Below the pieces are notes generated by a model. It saw only the letters and a program-made list of their open reading frames with translations. It ran no database searches and had not been told where the DNA came from. The position numbers and the translations under genes were made by a program. DNA of 64,000 bases from Octopus bimaculoides (Eukaryota), in NCBI RefSeq assembly GCF_001194135.2, contig NC_068995.1, positions 7,862,659 through 7,926,658 of the forward strand. The letters run 5' to 3'. This document shows, one piece after another, positions 1-11,650 of this stretch (within the stretch, counting starts at the first letter, position 1; the number at the start of each line of letters is the position of its first letter).

Positions 1-523
1 GAATCGTTACTGGCGACGAAACATGGTGCCTGTATATCAATATGAAGCAGCAAAAAGAATGGCTTAGTCTCGGCAAACAAGCGATACTGCGCGCGAAACA
101 AGATCTTCATCCGCGTAAAACGATGTTGTGCGTATGGTGGGATTAGGAAGGGGTTATCCATTACGAATTGCTTGAACGGAACCAAACAATCAACGCGGAG
201 CTCTATGTTCAACAGATGGAACGACTCAACACGGCTATTCAAGAGAAAAGACCTAATCGGCAGCATGGAGTTCTTCTGCTGCACGACAACGCCCGCCCTC
301 ATATCACCAACATGACAAAGAAAGCCATTCAAACGCATGGTTGGAAAGTGCTGCCACACCCGCCGTACTCTCCTGATTTGGCGCCAACGGAGTTCTACCT
401 CTTTCGATCTCTTTCAAATGCTATGCGCGGAGTTTCGTTCAACACTGATGCAGAAAAGAGAGCTTGGTTGGATCAATTTTTCGAGTCGAAATCGGGTGAT
501 TTCTACCAATGAGGTATTGAAAA
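1..523 (+). mobile_element. Mariner (Tc1/mariner superfamily) transposase C-terminal fragment, pseudogenised, cut by the window start
   Basis: Frame 3 reads IVTGDETW...KTMLCVWWD*EGVIHYELL...LLHDNARPH...LPHPPYSPDLAPTEFYLF...FYQ*GIEN. In-frame stops at 144-146 (TAG) and 510-512 (TGA). Confidence 0.92.
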
Positions 524-1574
524 TCATTCGATATACTCTACAGAAACTAGAGACAATCATCGACTCCAAGGAAGCAGATTTATTGGCAAAAAATGAAAAT
601 CCGAAGCAGAAATCGTGCATATTAATCTGTATGTTACAAATAGTTCAGGAAAGCATTATATTGTTGGTAACCTTTATGTCTCCTCTTATTTACTCTAGAG
701 AAAGCAGAGACGGTTAAGCCCATGCGCCCTCTTATTTGTTTACATGTCGATTTAACTCAGACATGCTCTTTAGTAATGCTCAAGATCTCCGTCTCATCAC
801 CAGAAATAGAGTTCTACAATCTTAAGTTTAAGAAGGAGGGTTCATAAGATTATGTAGTTCTTGATGTTATGTGCTTCCAACAATAGAATTTCGAAACGTT
901 TTGCTTTAAGGATACTGTGTTATGGACACAGCCTTGAGTTAAACAACAAAATCAACACCAACAGCAAACTGGAAGGACAAGAAAGAGCATCTATTTCAGT
1001 CTTTCTTTCGAAACAACAGTTCGATTTCTAGATCGATAGCTATTTATATCACACAACAAAAGTCGTCAGGAAATGAAGCTCTGACCATCACAAGCTCCAT
1101 CTTCTTATCCGGCAACGAGAGCAAAAGAGCTGATCAAATATTCTTCGGAACGTCTTATCGTGAGAGGTCAGCAAGTTGACCTATTTAGTATGTTGGTGTG
1201 CTTCGAATAAATATTTAACCATAAAAAATGTTTTAGGCTGACGTTAATTCGACGTTGTATAAAACTATTTCATGTTATATCTGCTTGGCTTTCTTCTATT
1301 TATTATTTTTTTTTTCATTTTTCTTATTCTTTTTCCCAAATTTACAAAATGGAATGACGAAGTCATCAAAATTTAACATTTAATAAAAAATAAAAATAAA
1401 AATAATGAAAGAAATACTGAACGAAAAATGAAATATTGTCTGAATTTCTTTTTTTAAAATCATGGAAAAATAAGAGTTAAGATGAAAATACAATGTTTTG
1501 GCGTTTTTATTGTTCTTAAAATTGTATTTATTAATAATTTTATTATTATATTTTTATTTTTGAATATACAGTTA

Positions 1575-1608
<34 letters not shown>

Positions 1609-1920
1609 ATTGTTGTTACTGCTGTTCTAAGCAGATTTATGACAGAGAAAGGAATGAGTTATTGATTTATTCCAGCTCAGACATGAAGAATACATATTTT
1701 ATAGACATTTTTAACTTGTAATTTTGTGGCGTCGATGTATTTTCCAAGATAATTTTCTAACGACTTAATAGGAAAGGAAATATTTACAAATGGAAATCGA
1801 AACCATAACGTCGATTTCATTCAATAGACGCTAATTAATTTCTGTGCGATATAGACAATGTTGCGACAGTTGATTTGGTTTCTGTCTTGCATCAATATTA
1901 TCGTTGATATTGTTCTCGTA

Positions 1921-2235
1921 GTAGCAGAAGTAGGTGGCTTGGTGGTTAGGATATTAAGATCGTGAGATTGCATGTTCGGTTCCCATTGGCGCGTTGTTAC
2001 CTTTATAGATGATACTTTGTATTTTTACGTTGCACCAGTTAAATCACATGCAAAACAAAAATGTGTTTTACCTGTAATTCAAACGGCCAGCCTTGACAAA
2101 TTCTGGGTCACGTTGAATCTCCCTGAGAACTACGCGTGTCTGTGTAATGCTCAGTCATTTGTCCGTTAATTTCAAGAGCACGCTGTTCTATTCATCGGAT
2201 GCAGTGAGACACTGGTCATCATAACTGACGGAGTT
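1921..2235 (+). mobile_element. Degenerate tRNA-derived SINE whose 3' half resembles family A
   Basis: A-box-like GGTGGCTTGGTGGTTAGG head; GCCAGCCTTGACAAATTCTGGGTCACGTTGAATCTCCCTGAGAACTACG aligns by eye with the 3' half of 6592-6958. Confidence 0.55.
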
Positions 2236-2316
2236 AATGTGACCCCCCCCCCCCCNNNNNNNNNNNNNNNNNNNNNNNNNNNNNNNNNNNNNNNNNNCCA
2301 CAAACACTCACACACA

Positions 2317-2495
2317 TGTGGAGGCACATGGCCTAGTAGTTAGAGCAGCGGTCTCGCGGTCGAGAGATCGTAGGTTCGAATCTTAGACCTGACGATATGC
2401 ATGTTTATGAGTGAAACACCTAAGGTCCACGCGGCTCCGGCAGAAGGTAATGGCGAAAGTCTGCTGACTCTTTCACCACAACTGTCTCTCATTCA
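2317..2495 (+). mobile_element. Family A tRNA-derived SINE, 5' half (diverged subfamily)
   Basis: TGGAGGCACATGGCCTAGTAGTTAGAGCAGCGG...GGTTCGAATC (A and B boxes), then GAAACACCTAAGGTCCACGCGGCTCCGGCAG matching 34105-34569. Confidence 0.7.
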
Positions 2496-2550
2496 GTTTT
2501 TATATATATGTATACAGATGCCTATATATATATATATATANNNNNNNNNN

Positions 2551-2585
<35 letters not shown>

Positions 2586-3102
2586 GCATATATACATATA
2601 TATACACATTATTATTATTATTAGTAGTAGTAGTAGTAGTATCTATGTAACTATGACTCAACAGTAGTATAAGTAAATATGTTAATGTGTTAGTCCAGAG
2701 ATTCTCATGGTGTAAGAGACAGGCAAGTTCGGGGCTGACTACTGAGAATTCAATGGACGTAGGGTAGCAGGACCATACTAAAGAAAATTGATATCGGTTT
2801 AAACGGCCGACACCATAGAGAAATAAGAATAACAAGGCGTGTCTTTGTGGTAAGAAGCTTACTTCCCTGACAGGAGAGCTAGTTGTCTTTCAGCAGTTGA
2901 ACGAGGTGAATATGAGTCTTTTGGCTCAGTTCAAGTAAGGATTACAAGGAACATTGAAGAACTCGCCGAGGTAGGTCGGTTTTGTCGCTCAACTGAGCAA
3001 TAATTTGTATTTTAAAATTCTTTTTCAGCAGGTTGTTGTTCAGCTTGGCGACATTTTCGCTTGCCTTGGCGGGTTTCTTGTGGTTGTTTGATAAGAACAA
3101 AC

Positions 3103-3365
3103 TGTGTGTTAGCTGTTTCTAGTGGGCGTATCCACTCCACAGCAGTAAAAATTTATTGCTTCGCCTTTTTTTGGCCGAAAATACTTTGCGTCCGCATTGC
3201 GAACGATTTTGTGTGCTTACTGTTTGTGGTAGGCGTATCCGCCCCTCCTCAACAGTAAAAATTATTGTTTGGCATTTTTTGCCGAAGAACTTTGTGCTCA
3301 CATTTGTGAGCGAATTGTGTGCTTGCTGTCTGCGGTTTCGTTTCACCACAGCAGTGAAGAAATTT
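3103..3365 (+). repeat. About 2.5 diverged tandem monomers of about 107 bp
   Basis: TGTGTG(C/T)T...CTGT...GGCGTATCC...CAGTAAAAAT...TTTTTGCCGAA...ACTTTG recurs at about 3103 and 3210, with a partial third unit at 3316. Confidence 0.65.
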
Positions 3366-3461
3366 TCCGAGGAAGCTTTGGAGTACCTCTGGAAGAACCC
3401 GGATTACCTGTGTCCCCGTGTTTGAACTGTCTTTTTTTTCTGTCTTCAATCTACTGATGTT

Positions 3462-3645
3462 CGTGTGTTTACGTCTGCGTAAAAAATCGGTTCGACAAAA
3501 GAGACCGATGGATTACCAAGCTTACAAGGAATAAGTCCTGGGGTCAATTCGTTCGACTAAAACCCTTTAAGGTGGTGCTCCAATACAGCCGCACTCCAAT
3601 GACTGAAACAATTAAAAGAATATAGGAATAAAAGAATAACAAGGA
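3462..3645 (+). mobile_element. Family C SINE, 3' fragment
   Basis: CGGTTCGACAAAAGAGACCGAT...AAGTCCTGGGGTCAATTCGTTCGACTAAA...GGTGGTGCTCCA...ATGACTGAAAC matches the 3' part of 61731-62140. Confidence 0.75.
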
Positions 3646-4133
3646 TACAAACACTGCTCTGCCTTGTTTGTATTAAAATCAGGGGTCTAAACCGACGTCA
3701 ATATATATTTTGCTAGATTCATTTTTACCAGTTTGAAACAACAAAATTATGCGTTAGAAACATTCCTGATGACCCATGCTTCCGTTCTTCAAGATGAATA
3801 CCTCCCTCTAATTAAGGGGCAATGCTGTATACCACATACAACACTCCGTGGTTTGTAGTGCGAAGTGCATGGTACGATCGCGGGTGTGGGTTTATTTTTT
3901 CGTTGCTTACTATATTTATATACGTCTGTAAATTCTGCGGTTTTCACATTAACGATTTAGTCAGCATACTCGATTTGTAACAATGTTATTGCTACTACAT
4001 CTATTTTTACTGCTCTGTATAAGAAAGTATGAACAGCAAGAAATCGATAGTGGTTCCATGAAAGTATTGCAGTAGATAACTACAATTCTTTCCTAAATCC
4101 ATTGTTTATATATATATATATATATATAATAAT

Positions 4134-4486
4134 ATTAGGGACAAAATCCAAAATTACAGGTAAAAAACTCAATTAAAATCAATTTATAAAAAATTAAAAT
4201 TAAATTGAGCCTTATAGATGAAGTATATATAAAATATATAGTTTTAGGGAAAATAACCAATTTTCAAGAACTCATCGATGAAAATCCACTATCACATATA
4301 GAAAAATTAATAATTAAAAGCACAATAAACGAGTATAATATAAAGTAAAGTAAATATCATAAGATAAATATAATATTATTATTATATTATATTTATCTTA
4401 TGATATTTACTTTTTAATTTTTCTATATGTGATAGTGGATTTTCATCGATGAGTTCTTGAAAATTGGTTATTTTCCCTAAAACTAT

Positions 4487-4490
<4 letters not shown>
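4134..4490. mobile_element. Unclassified element in (TA)n ending in a long fold-back inverted duplication (Penelope-like architecture, tentative)
   Basis: 4234-4310 is the exact reverse complement of 4414-4490, and 4347-4376 of 4384-4413. A 57-nt segment recurs identically at 49851-49907. Confidence 0.6.
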
Positions 4491-4522
<32 letters not shown>

Positions 4523-4557
4523 ATGTGTGTGTGTGCGTGTGTACAAACATACATACA

Positions 4558-4740
4558 TACGAGGGGCTGCTGAAAACTTCCTGGCTTTGAGTAGTAAATG
4601 AAAATACTGGAGCATCAGTTAATTATGATTTTATTCCGCTCTAACTTCCATACACTTATTGCATACGTCCTCCGGTCTTTCTAGGCCCGGTAAAAAGAAC
4701 TCGGAAGGTGGCAACTCCAGCCACGTCTTTCGTGATACCC
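4558..4740 (+). mobile_element. Mariner-type terminal inverted repeat and subterminal fragment
   Basis: TACGAGGGGCTGCTGAAAACTTCCTGG resembles mariner TIRs (TACGAGGG start) and the end of the MITE at 61550-61692. Confidence 0.55.
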
Positions 4741-6591
4741 CTTCGCATATACATGTGTGTGTATGTATATATATATATGTATATATAAAGTGAACTGTGA
4801 GAATCTTTGGGCAAAGTGTCTAGCATTGGTTTGAGGGTTCGATTCTGCCTGAGGTTAGCTCATCAATTTTTTGGTCATTTTGTTTGATGAAGGACAGTAC
4901 GTTTTGTAAACGACTGGCCTTCTCTTCATATTTTGAACACTAGGGGAGGTTGAAATCTTTATATCCCCACCCTCTTCTTTCATTCTCTAAAAAAGCTCGG
5001 AGAGCTTCTCCGTTGGTATTACCACGTTTTCACACGATACACCGGCTACTGCCGCGAACGTTTTTGCTGGCTCAACCAGCAGGTTTGCTTCTTGAATTAT
5101 TGTCACCGACATACTCGGTCGAAATTAATTCTTACACACTAAAGTTTTCAATTATACTCCCTAAAAACGGAATACATATGTTTTTTTGTTTTTTTTTCCT
5201 CTTAAAGAGGATTCCAGTTCAAATCCTACCCCCGCTTGGGTGGAGTGTAGCAGTAAAGTTGTTAACGACATTAATTTTTTTTCCAAAATCGGGAAACCTA
5301 TAATCTGTCTTTTTTTTTTTCTTCCTCTTAATGAGGACAAATATAAAATCCTACAACGGCTGAAGTTCAATTTTCCTACACACAATAGTTCACCCAGAAT
5401 GCAAAATAAAAATTTTTTACCCAGAATGCAATTAAAAAAAAATAAAGCCAACAACGACTGGACTTAAATAATTAACAGTTCAGATCCCACCACCGCTAGA
5501 AGGCGAGGCGCAACGATAAGCCTACAGCGGTTTTAAAAGATTCATTTTTTAATATATAATGATTGTTAAATGGATTTACACAAACAATTCCTTTCTCCCG
5601 TCACCGGGGAAAGCACAAAGAATATCAACAGTTCAACAATTCGAAAATGTTCGACAGGATAACAATGAATCCAATAGTAACAATCCAATTTTCAACAAAA
5701 CGTTCGACTCGCCAAAAATACATCCGACAACGAGACAGGTAAGCGAGCTATTTCTCACATGGCCACTTCTGTGCCTATTACTATTATTATTATTCAGAAG
5801 TTTTATTTTTATAGCGTGCTTTCACTTCACTACCGAGCGCAGCTCTGTGTGCTTTGGGTATGTGCTGTGGTTTAATGTATTGAAAGTGTTTTGCGTAGGA
5901 TGTGTGCAGTACCCAGTAGTGCAATTTTCTGTAAGTTATATATATTTGTAAGCCCTGGTGTTTTTGTCTGAATATTTTTTTTTATCATACCTTAGGCGCC
6001 TCCTATGGTAGGAATTGTTTCTGTTTTTAAATTCCACATTCGAGTTACCTCTATTTCCAGGTCTTTGTATTTTATTATTATTATCATTAGTATTATTATA
6101 GTTATACTATGAGTCTTCCACAGTAGCATTCTCTCCGTGACTTACAAAGCCTTTCGCGTTTGTTTGTGTGTGTGTGTGTGTTTACGAGTAAAGGCAAATA
6201 TCGAGAGAGTTCTTTATTGAATAAACTACGCTGCTCCCACGTTCGTTATTTTGCTTCGTACCGTTCGTCACGTAAGTAAAATCTAATTTGACACGAACTC
6301 TGCCATTCTGTTTTCTTTTCTCTTTATTTGGGCCAGGGGACATTGGAATTCCCGAAATGAATGTTATGTCTAATGATGGACCAAGTATTTAACTATTGTA
6401 CTTAGTCACGCCTTGAAGTGCATTCTAAATAACTTTAGTAATATCAGTCAAATGACGTTCTTCTTCCTTTGTGTACTCCGATCCTCGATGCAGCAAACTT
6501 CATGTACGATGTGTTAATACGCAAGATAACAGAAACGTAATTCACATGAATAAGCAAAAACTTGCAGTTTGTCTAACAGTTATTCTACAAC

Positions 6592-6958
6592 GTGGAGGCG
6601 CAATGGCCCAGTGGTTAGGGCAGCGGTTTCGATTCCCAGACCGGGCGTTGTGAGTGTTTATTGAGCGAAAACACCTAAAGCGCCACGAGAATCCGGCAGG
6701 GGATGGTGGCGAACCCTGCTGTACTCGTTCGCCACAACTTTCTCTCACTCTTACTTCCTGTTTCTGTTGTGCCTGTAATTCAAAGGGTCAGCCTTGTCAC
6801 ACTGTGTCACGCTGAATATCCCCCGAGAACTACGTTAAGGGTGCACGTGTCTGTGGAGTGCTCAGCCACTTGCACGTTAATTTCACGAGCGGGCTGTTCC
6901 GTTGATCGGATCAACTAGAACCCTCGACGTCGTAAGCGACGGAGTGCCAACAACAACA
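6592..6958 (+). mobile_element. Family A tRNA-derived SINE, near full length, with target-site duplication
   Basis: GGAGGCGCAATGGCCCAGTGGTTAG head, TTCGATTCC B box, (CAA)n tail; TSD ATTCTACAAC at 6582-6591 and 6959-6968; closely matches 34105-34569. Confidence 0.9.
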
Positions 6959-7494
6959 ATTCTACAACATACGCTTTGTTTCTTGGAAATATATGTAGAC
7001 ATTTGCGCATTTAATGTAGGTATTAATCATGTAATCTAGCTGACCTAACTTTAAAAAAAAAAAAAACAGTAAGATTATAACGAGAATAGATCCAAATTTT
7101 CCGATATAATTCTCATCATATAATTGATACAATAACATTCCGAACTGATTAAACGAGCGAATACTGTGAATTTTAAAGGACCTGACATTTAATTAGTTTG
7201 TTAGTTCTCCACATTAATCATTACATTGCATCCAAATTGGCCGTATATAGTAGTATAAGGCAGAACACCCCGAGAAGGTGTGCAAAGTCCACTGGAGTGG
7301 CTTGGTGAAATCTTGCCACTTTAGTTTCATTTATAAATTACTTGGATGGTCAAGAATAAGAATAGGTACATAATGCTTTAATGGTGCATACGTGTTTACA
7401 CAAGCATCTGTAGGGTTTAATAAAAATTCTTAAGAATGCCCTTTACCGGTGTAACTGGAACGACGATACTACTACTACTAATAATAATAATAAA

Positions 7495-8050
7495 ATGCCC
7501 TGATGCAGTACCAGACAGTGGCTCTCCTGATTTTTTATCTTAAATGATTGGAAGAGTAATCATGTACATTGTGTTCTGATATAAAAGATGGGCTACAACC
7601 AATACTCTACTCAATACCACAGATTTGCTTGTCAGTTGTTTGACCTTAATCAGTTAGACATGTCCCTTAGTGGCTGACGATATGTGCCTCTCTGATTATG
7701 AGCAGAAGTAGTGGGGAAGCATCATAGCCATGTGTCGAGAGGATTTCTTTGGGGTGTGGATAATTCATCTTTGGAAAAGTGAGTGTTTCGTTCAACATCC
7801 TTAAACAAACCTTATTCGGAGACCTTTTGAGTGGGATGGGCTACTCGACCTGGAGAAAATTCTAACTGGGCCCCATCTGCAAGTTCATGCACTGCTTGTC
7901 TTGATATGAGATCACCATATCACGCACATATGGTTGTAATGCATGTGCCGGGTTTACCCTTATGAGACGGGTAGTCATGATGGGTATTCTGGGCTTCGTA
8001 TATTTTACCCCAGTATCAATTTGATGACATGCATTGCTCTCTCACTCAAT
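7495..8050. repeat. Probable unclassified interspersed repeat of about 550 bp bounded by (AAT)n
   Basis: Higher-GC block with sharp (AAT)n borders on both sides and no ORF. Only one copy in this window, so repeat status rests on recollection of similar octopus sequence. Confidence 0.35.
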
Positions 8051-8342
8051 AATAATAATGAATCATAGACCTTAACTCGGTGTGTTAAGGATTCTGTAAT
8101 CTTGCTGCCTTAGTAATAATAATGATAATAATAATAACGAGGAGGAAGAGAAGATATTCTGAATAAATATTTCCTAAAATTTTTTTCTGCTCATGAAGTT
8201 TAATTTTAAGCAGATATACTTACAAATAGCATACGGACACACACATACATGCACACACACTTTCTGCGCGCACACATACACAGATATAAATACATACATA
8301 TATAAATATGTATACATCTTTATGAATGTGTAAGCGTGCGTG

Positions 8343-8376
<34 letters not shown>

Positions 8377-9053
8377 GGTGGGTACACGTATAGTCGTGTG
8401 TGTCTGAGATATCTGTGTGGTCTGATCTTGTGCGTGTGGATGGTGTGTATATATATATATATATATATATATTTTATTTAAGCTAATCAAGATAACCTGT
8501 TCTAGTGAAAATTCGAAAAAAAAATATTTTATGAAATAAGACTGAAGAAAATAAATGTAAAATGACTCGAATGTAGAGGTTCATAGCTTATAGGAATCTC
8601 TGCAATATTTCGATTTACTCAAATATCTAAAACATATTCGGAATAAAATAGCAAATCATAAATAGAATAAAATAAAAGAAGGAATTAAGCGAAACTTCAA
8701 GAATGGAAGACTTTATGTAAATGTAGTTTGAGGTGGGGGTAGCAGGAAGAAAGAAATATTGAAATATGAATATATAAATAGAATATGAAATAAAAAAAAA
8801 TAAGTAGAGAATCTTTAAGGCTAAAGAAATTGTATTTGGAATATCAAATCGTTTGTTTTGTTTGTTGTTTAAGATTTAACGATTAGATAATTTGGAAAAA
8901 AGAGGGTAATATTTAGTTTTTGGGCCTTTGAAATTATCTATGTTATTGGTGATAAAGATGGTTTTTATTATAGATAATATTAATAAACAACAGAAATTTT
9001 TTCTGAGATATAAATAGCAAATCATAGCGTTATCGATACTTGACGGCTACAAT

Positions 9054-9140
9054 GTTTTATCGACCTGTGGAGTTTGAACTCAGAACGTAAATGACGAATT
9101 GCCGCTAAGCATTTTGCTCAGTGTGCTAACGATTATGCCA
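9054..9140 (-). mobile_element. Family B SINE, internally deleted fragment
   Basis: TTTGAACTCAGAACGTAAA...CCGCTAAGCATTTTGCTC...GCTAACGATT is the reverse complement of the family B head. Confidence 0.7.
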
Positions 9141-9527
9141 CGTATCCACCGTTGTTCCTTTCAAGGAAAATGATACGATCTCAACCACTTTTGCGCCATG
9201 TGCCCTAGGGGTAAATAAAAATCAAAAGCAAAGAACGCGCTGGCTTGAATAATACATTACGCTGAATTCTTTCAACGAACCCCTTGGTGATATTTGTTTC
9301 ACCTTCATCACAAACGTCGCAAGAGCTGTGAACCAGTCACTTACTCTTAGGCAAATTACATCTCATCTCATCAGATTTTAATAGATGAGATGAACAACCG
9401 CATTGAAGGTTATTTCAATATGACAACCAGAAAATGGAAGACACCAGATTTTAAAATGTTAAGATACGTTTTGCTGGAGGTTGCAGATATAACATACGTT
9501 CAACAAGTGAATGATATATATTTCCTT

Positions 9528-9902
9528 GTAGTAGTAGTAGTAGTAGCCATCCGTCGGTCAGGACAAGCCATGGATCTGTGCCCGAAGAAATTGTGTCAGC
9601 TGCTGATGGTGGCGCAGTGTTATTGCTGTATAGGACCACACGGGTGTGGCAGTCAGACATACAGCGACTGCATTTGAAAGAGCTCTCTGCCAGTGCTACT
9701 GATTTTTCCGTTCCGTCGAGTGCGCTTTTCTTTGGTGGCGAGTTCCCTGTTTTTCTTACCCTATCGCAGTATTTGTCTCCAGTGTGATCGATCTTTTGCG
9801 ACCATCGCATCTCTCACGACGTCCTGATCAAGCAACTTGATGTCCCTCTTACGGACGTTATTGAAAAGAAGAGGTCATCCTCGTGCTCTTGTGCCGGTGG
9901 CC
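9528..9902 (-). mobile_element. RTE-clade LINE 3' end
   Basis: Minus strand GTRARG*PL..NVRKRDIK..AKDRSHWRQIL..EKRTRR, then SFKCSRCMSDCHTRVVLYS (degenerate RTE C-terminal CxxC...H motif); (CTA)n tail at 9528-9546. Confidence 0.8.
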
Positions 9903-10515
9903 TCTATGTGTGTGTATGTTCTTCATTTTTTTTTAAGTCTTTGCTACCGTGGCTACGGCCATGCATACACAGTGCTTTGGGACCTATGTAATGGTTTTTA
10001 TTTCTGTAAAAACTAAACAACAATGATACGTTATTATAGAAGACTCGTGTTAAACAAGCTAAATAATTGGTTGTGATCGTTCATATCTTCCAATTACTAA
10101 TGCCTTCAGTCCCTAGACTCGAATGGCAAAAAAGTAAATAAAGCTTTATTTCTTTTTTTTTTCTTTCTTTCTTGACATTTTATCCAACAAGACATCAATT
10201 ACAGACGACAAAGGAGGCCTGGATAAGAATTAATAAACACATAATATTGCTAAGAATTTAGCAATTTCGAATCCAAAATAAGTTTTCATTGACTTGATAA
10301 TAGAGACAACAGTTTTAAAAGTTGAAAATTGTAAATAAATAAAATGAATAACAATTTTAAACAAAATATTTAACTGTCAAAATGAAACCACACCAGTACA
10401 AATAACAGGAAAAAACAAAAAGACGGCGGCAGGAAACTGGAGATGGAAATCGTGAGAAAAATAAAGTTGGCAAGTCCGTGTTTAAAATTGCAATTCATAT
10501 ATTTATGTAAGTATG

Positions 10516-10562
<47 letters not shown>

Positions 10563-11029
10563 TCACACTCACTCACACAAACATATACACGCATATGTAT
10601 ATACGTATACACACACACACACATATACCTATATATATATATATGCTTGTGTAAACATATATATGCTTATGTAAACATATATATGCATGTATATGAATGT
10701 ATATATGCCTGTATGTATGTACGTACATATGTATGCATGCATGTATGTATGTATTTATGTATGTATATCTCTGAATCACATCTAATATAAATATATCACG
10801 AAAAGTCAAATTTACTGCGCGAGATACTATCTCTTATGGATGTAATATCTCCAGGAGAATAATGCAGTAAATTTGCATTTTTGGATGTGTTATCATTAGG
10901 TCTGATATGCAGGTATCTATTTCAATCTAGTGTTGCTTCTATTGTATAATAGATCATTTCTTTGACGCATAAACAAGATAGCAACGCAGTGTAGACAACT
11001 GACACGGTGGATACTAATGTCTTTGAGGC

Positions 11030-11650
11030 CAAGCAGTTATCTTAAATTTGTGGACGCTCCTTGTTGTAATACGCGATTGATTAAGTGTTAGTCTTTGCAT
11101 CCATATGAGCCCAGTCGGCACCCTTTTAGTTCAGTGGGGAATACATCGTTCTGATCCATCAATTTCTATGTTTTCTCCCCGAGGATAGACGTTAAAGTTT
11201 TATACGTGGTAGATAGACATGTTATGGGCCGATAGTTTCGGAAGTAGGTAAGTAATACATCTTGCTAATCGGTCAGGTGTTTTCGTAGGATCTCTCATAA
11301 TTTCAATGAATAACTGGACTAACTTTTCGTGTGCCCACAGGAGTGAGGCACCCAATAACTACCAGATTTCGACTTATGACTCTTCGTGAGTGTCGTTTTT
11401 AGGTCTGCTATTGTGATGTCTTCCCATGTTTGTTCTGGTAAGTTTTGGTAGGATCCTTCAGTGCGTCTAATCCAGTCTGCATATTCATTGTAACTTTGTC
11501 TATCGTTCCAGATATTTTTCCAGAAGCGTTCAACTTCTTTCATGGCGGGGTATCTTCAACGCTTATTTTCTCCTTCCCTATTTCTCTGTAGAATGTTTTC
11601 CCATTGGATGTGAACAGTTTATTTTGCTTGTAAAATTTGTTTCTTTTCAC
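11030..11650 (-). mobile_element. R4/Dong-type LINE fragment C (RT-proximal and RT N-terminal part)
   Basis: KRNKFYKQNKLF..KTFYREIGK..ERFWKNIW..ITIADLKTTLTKSHK..., and further on LKGCRLGSYGCKD*HLIN; frameshifted. Confidence 0.85.

Noticed and set aside
525-1190. Moderate-GC sequence after the mariner break, including the 126-aa ORF 337-717
   Set aside because: The ORF is an alternative frame of the transposase running into unassignable sequence; no motif recognised.
1482-1721. Hydrophobic ORF with a poly-Cys run resembling a metallothionein or toxin
   Set aside because: The Cys run is a (TGC)n microsatellite in AT-rich DNA, with no other coding signal.
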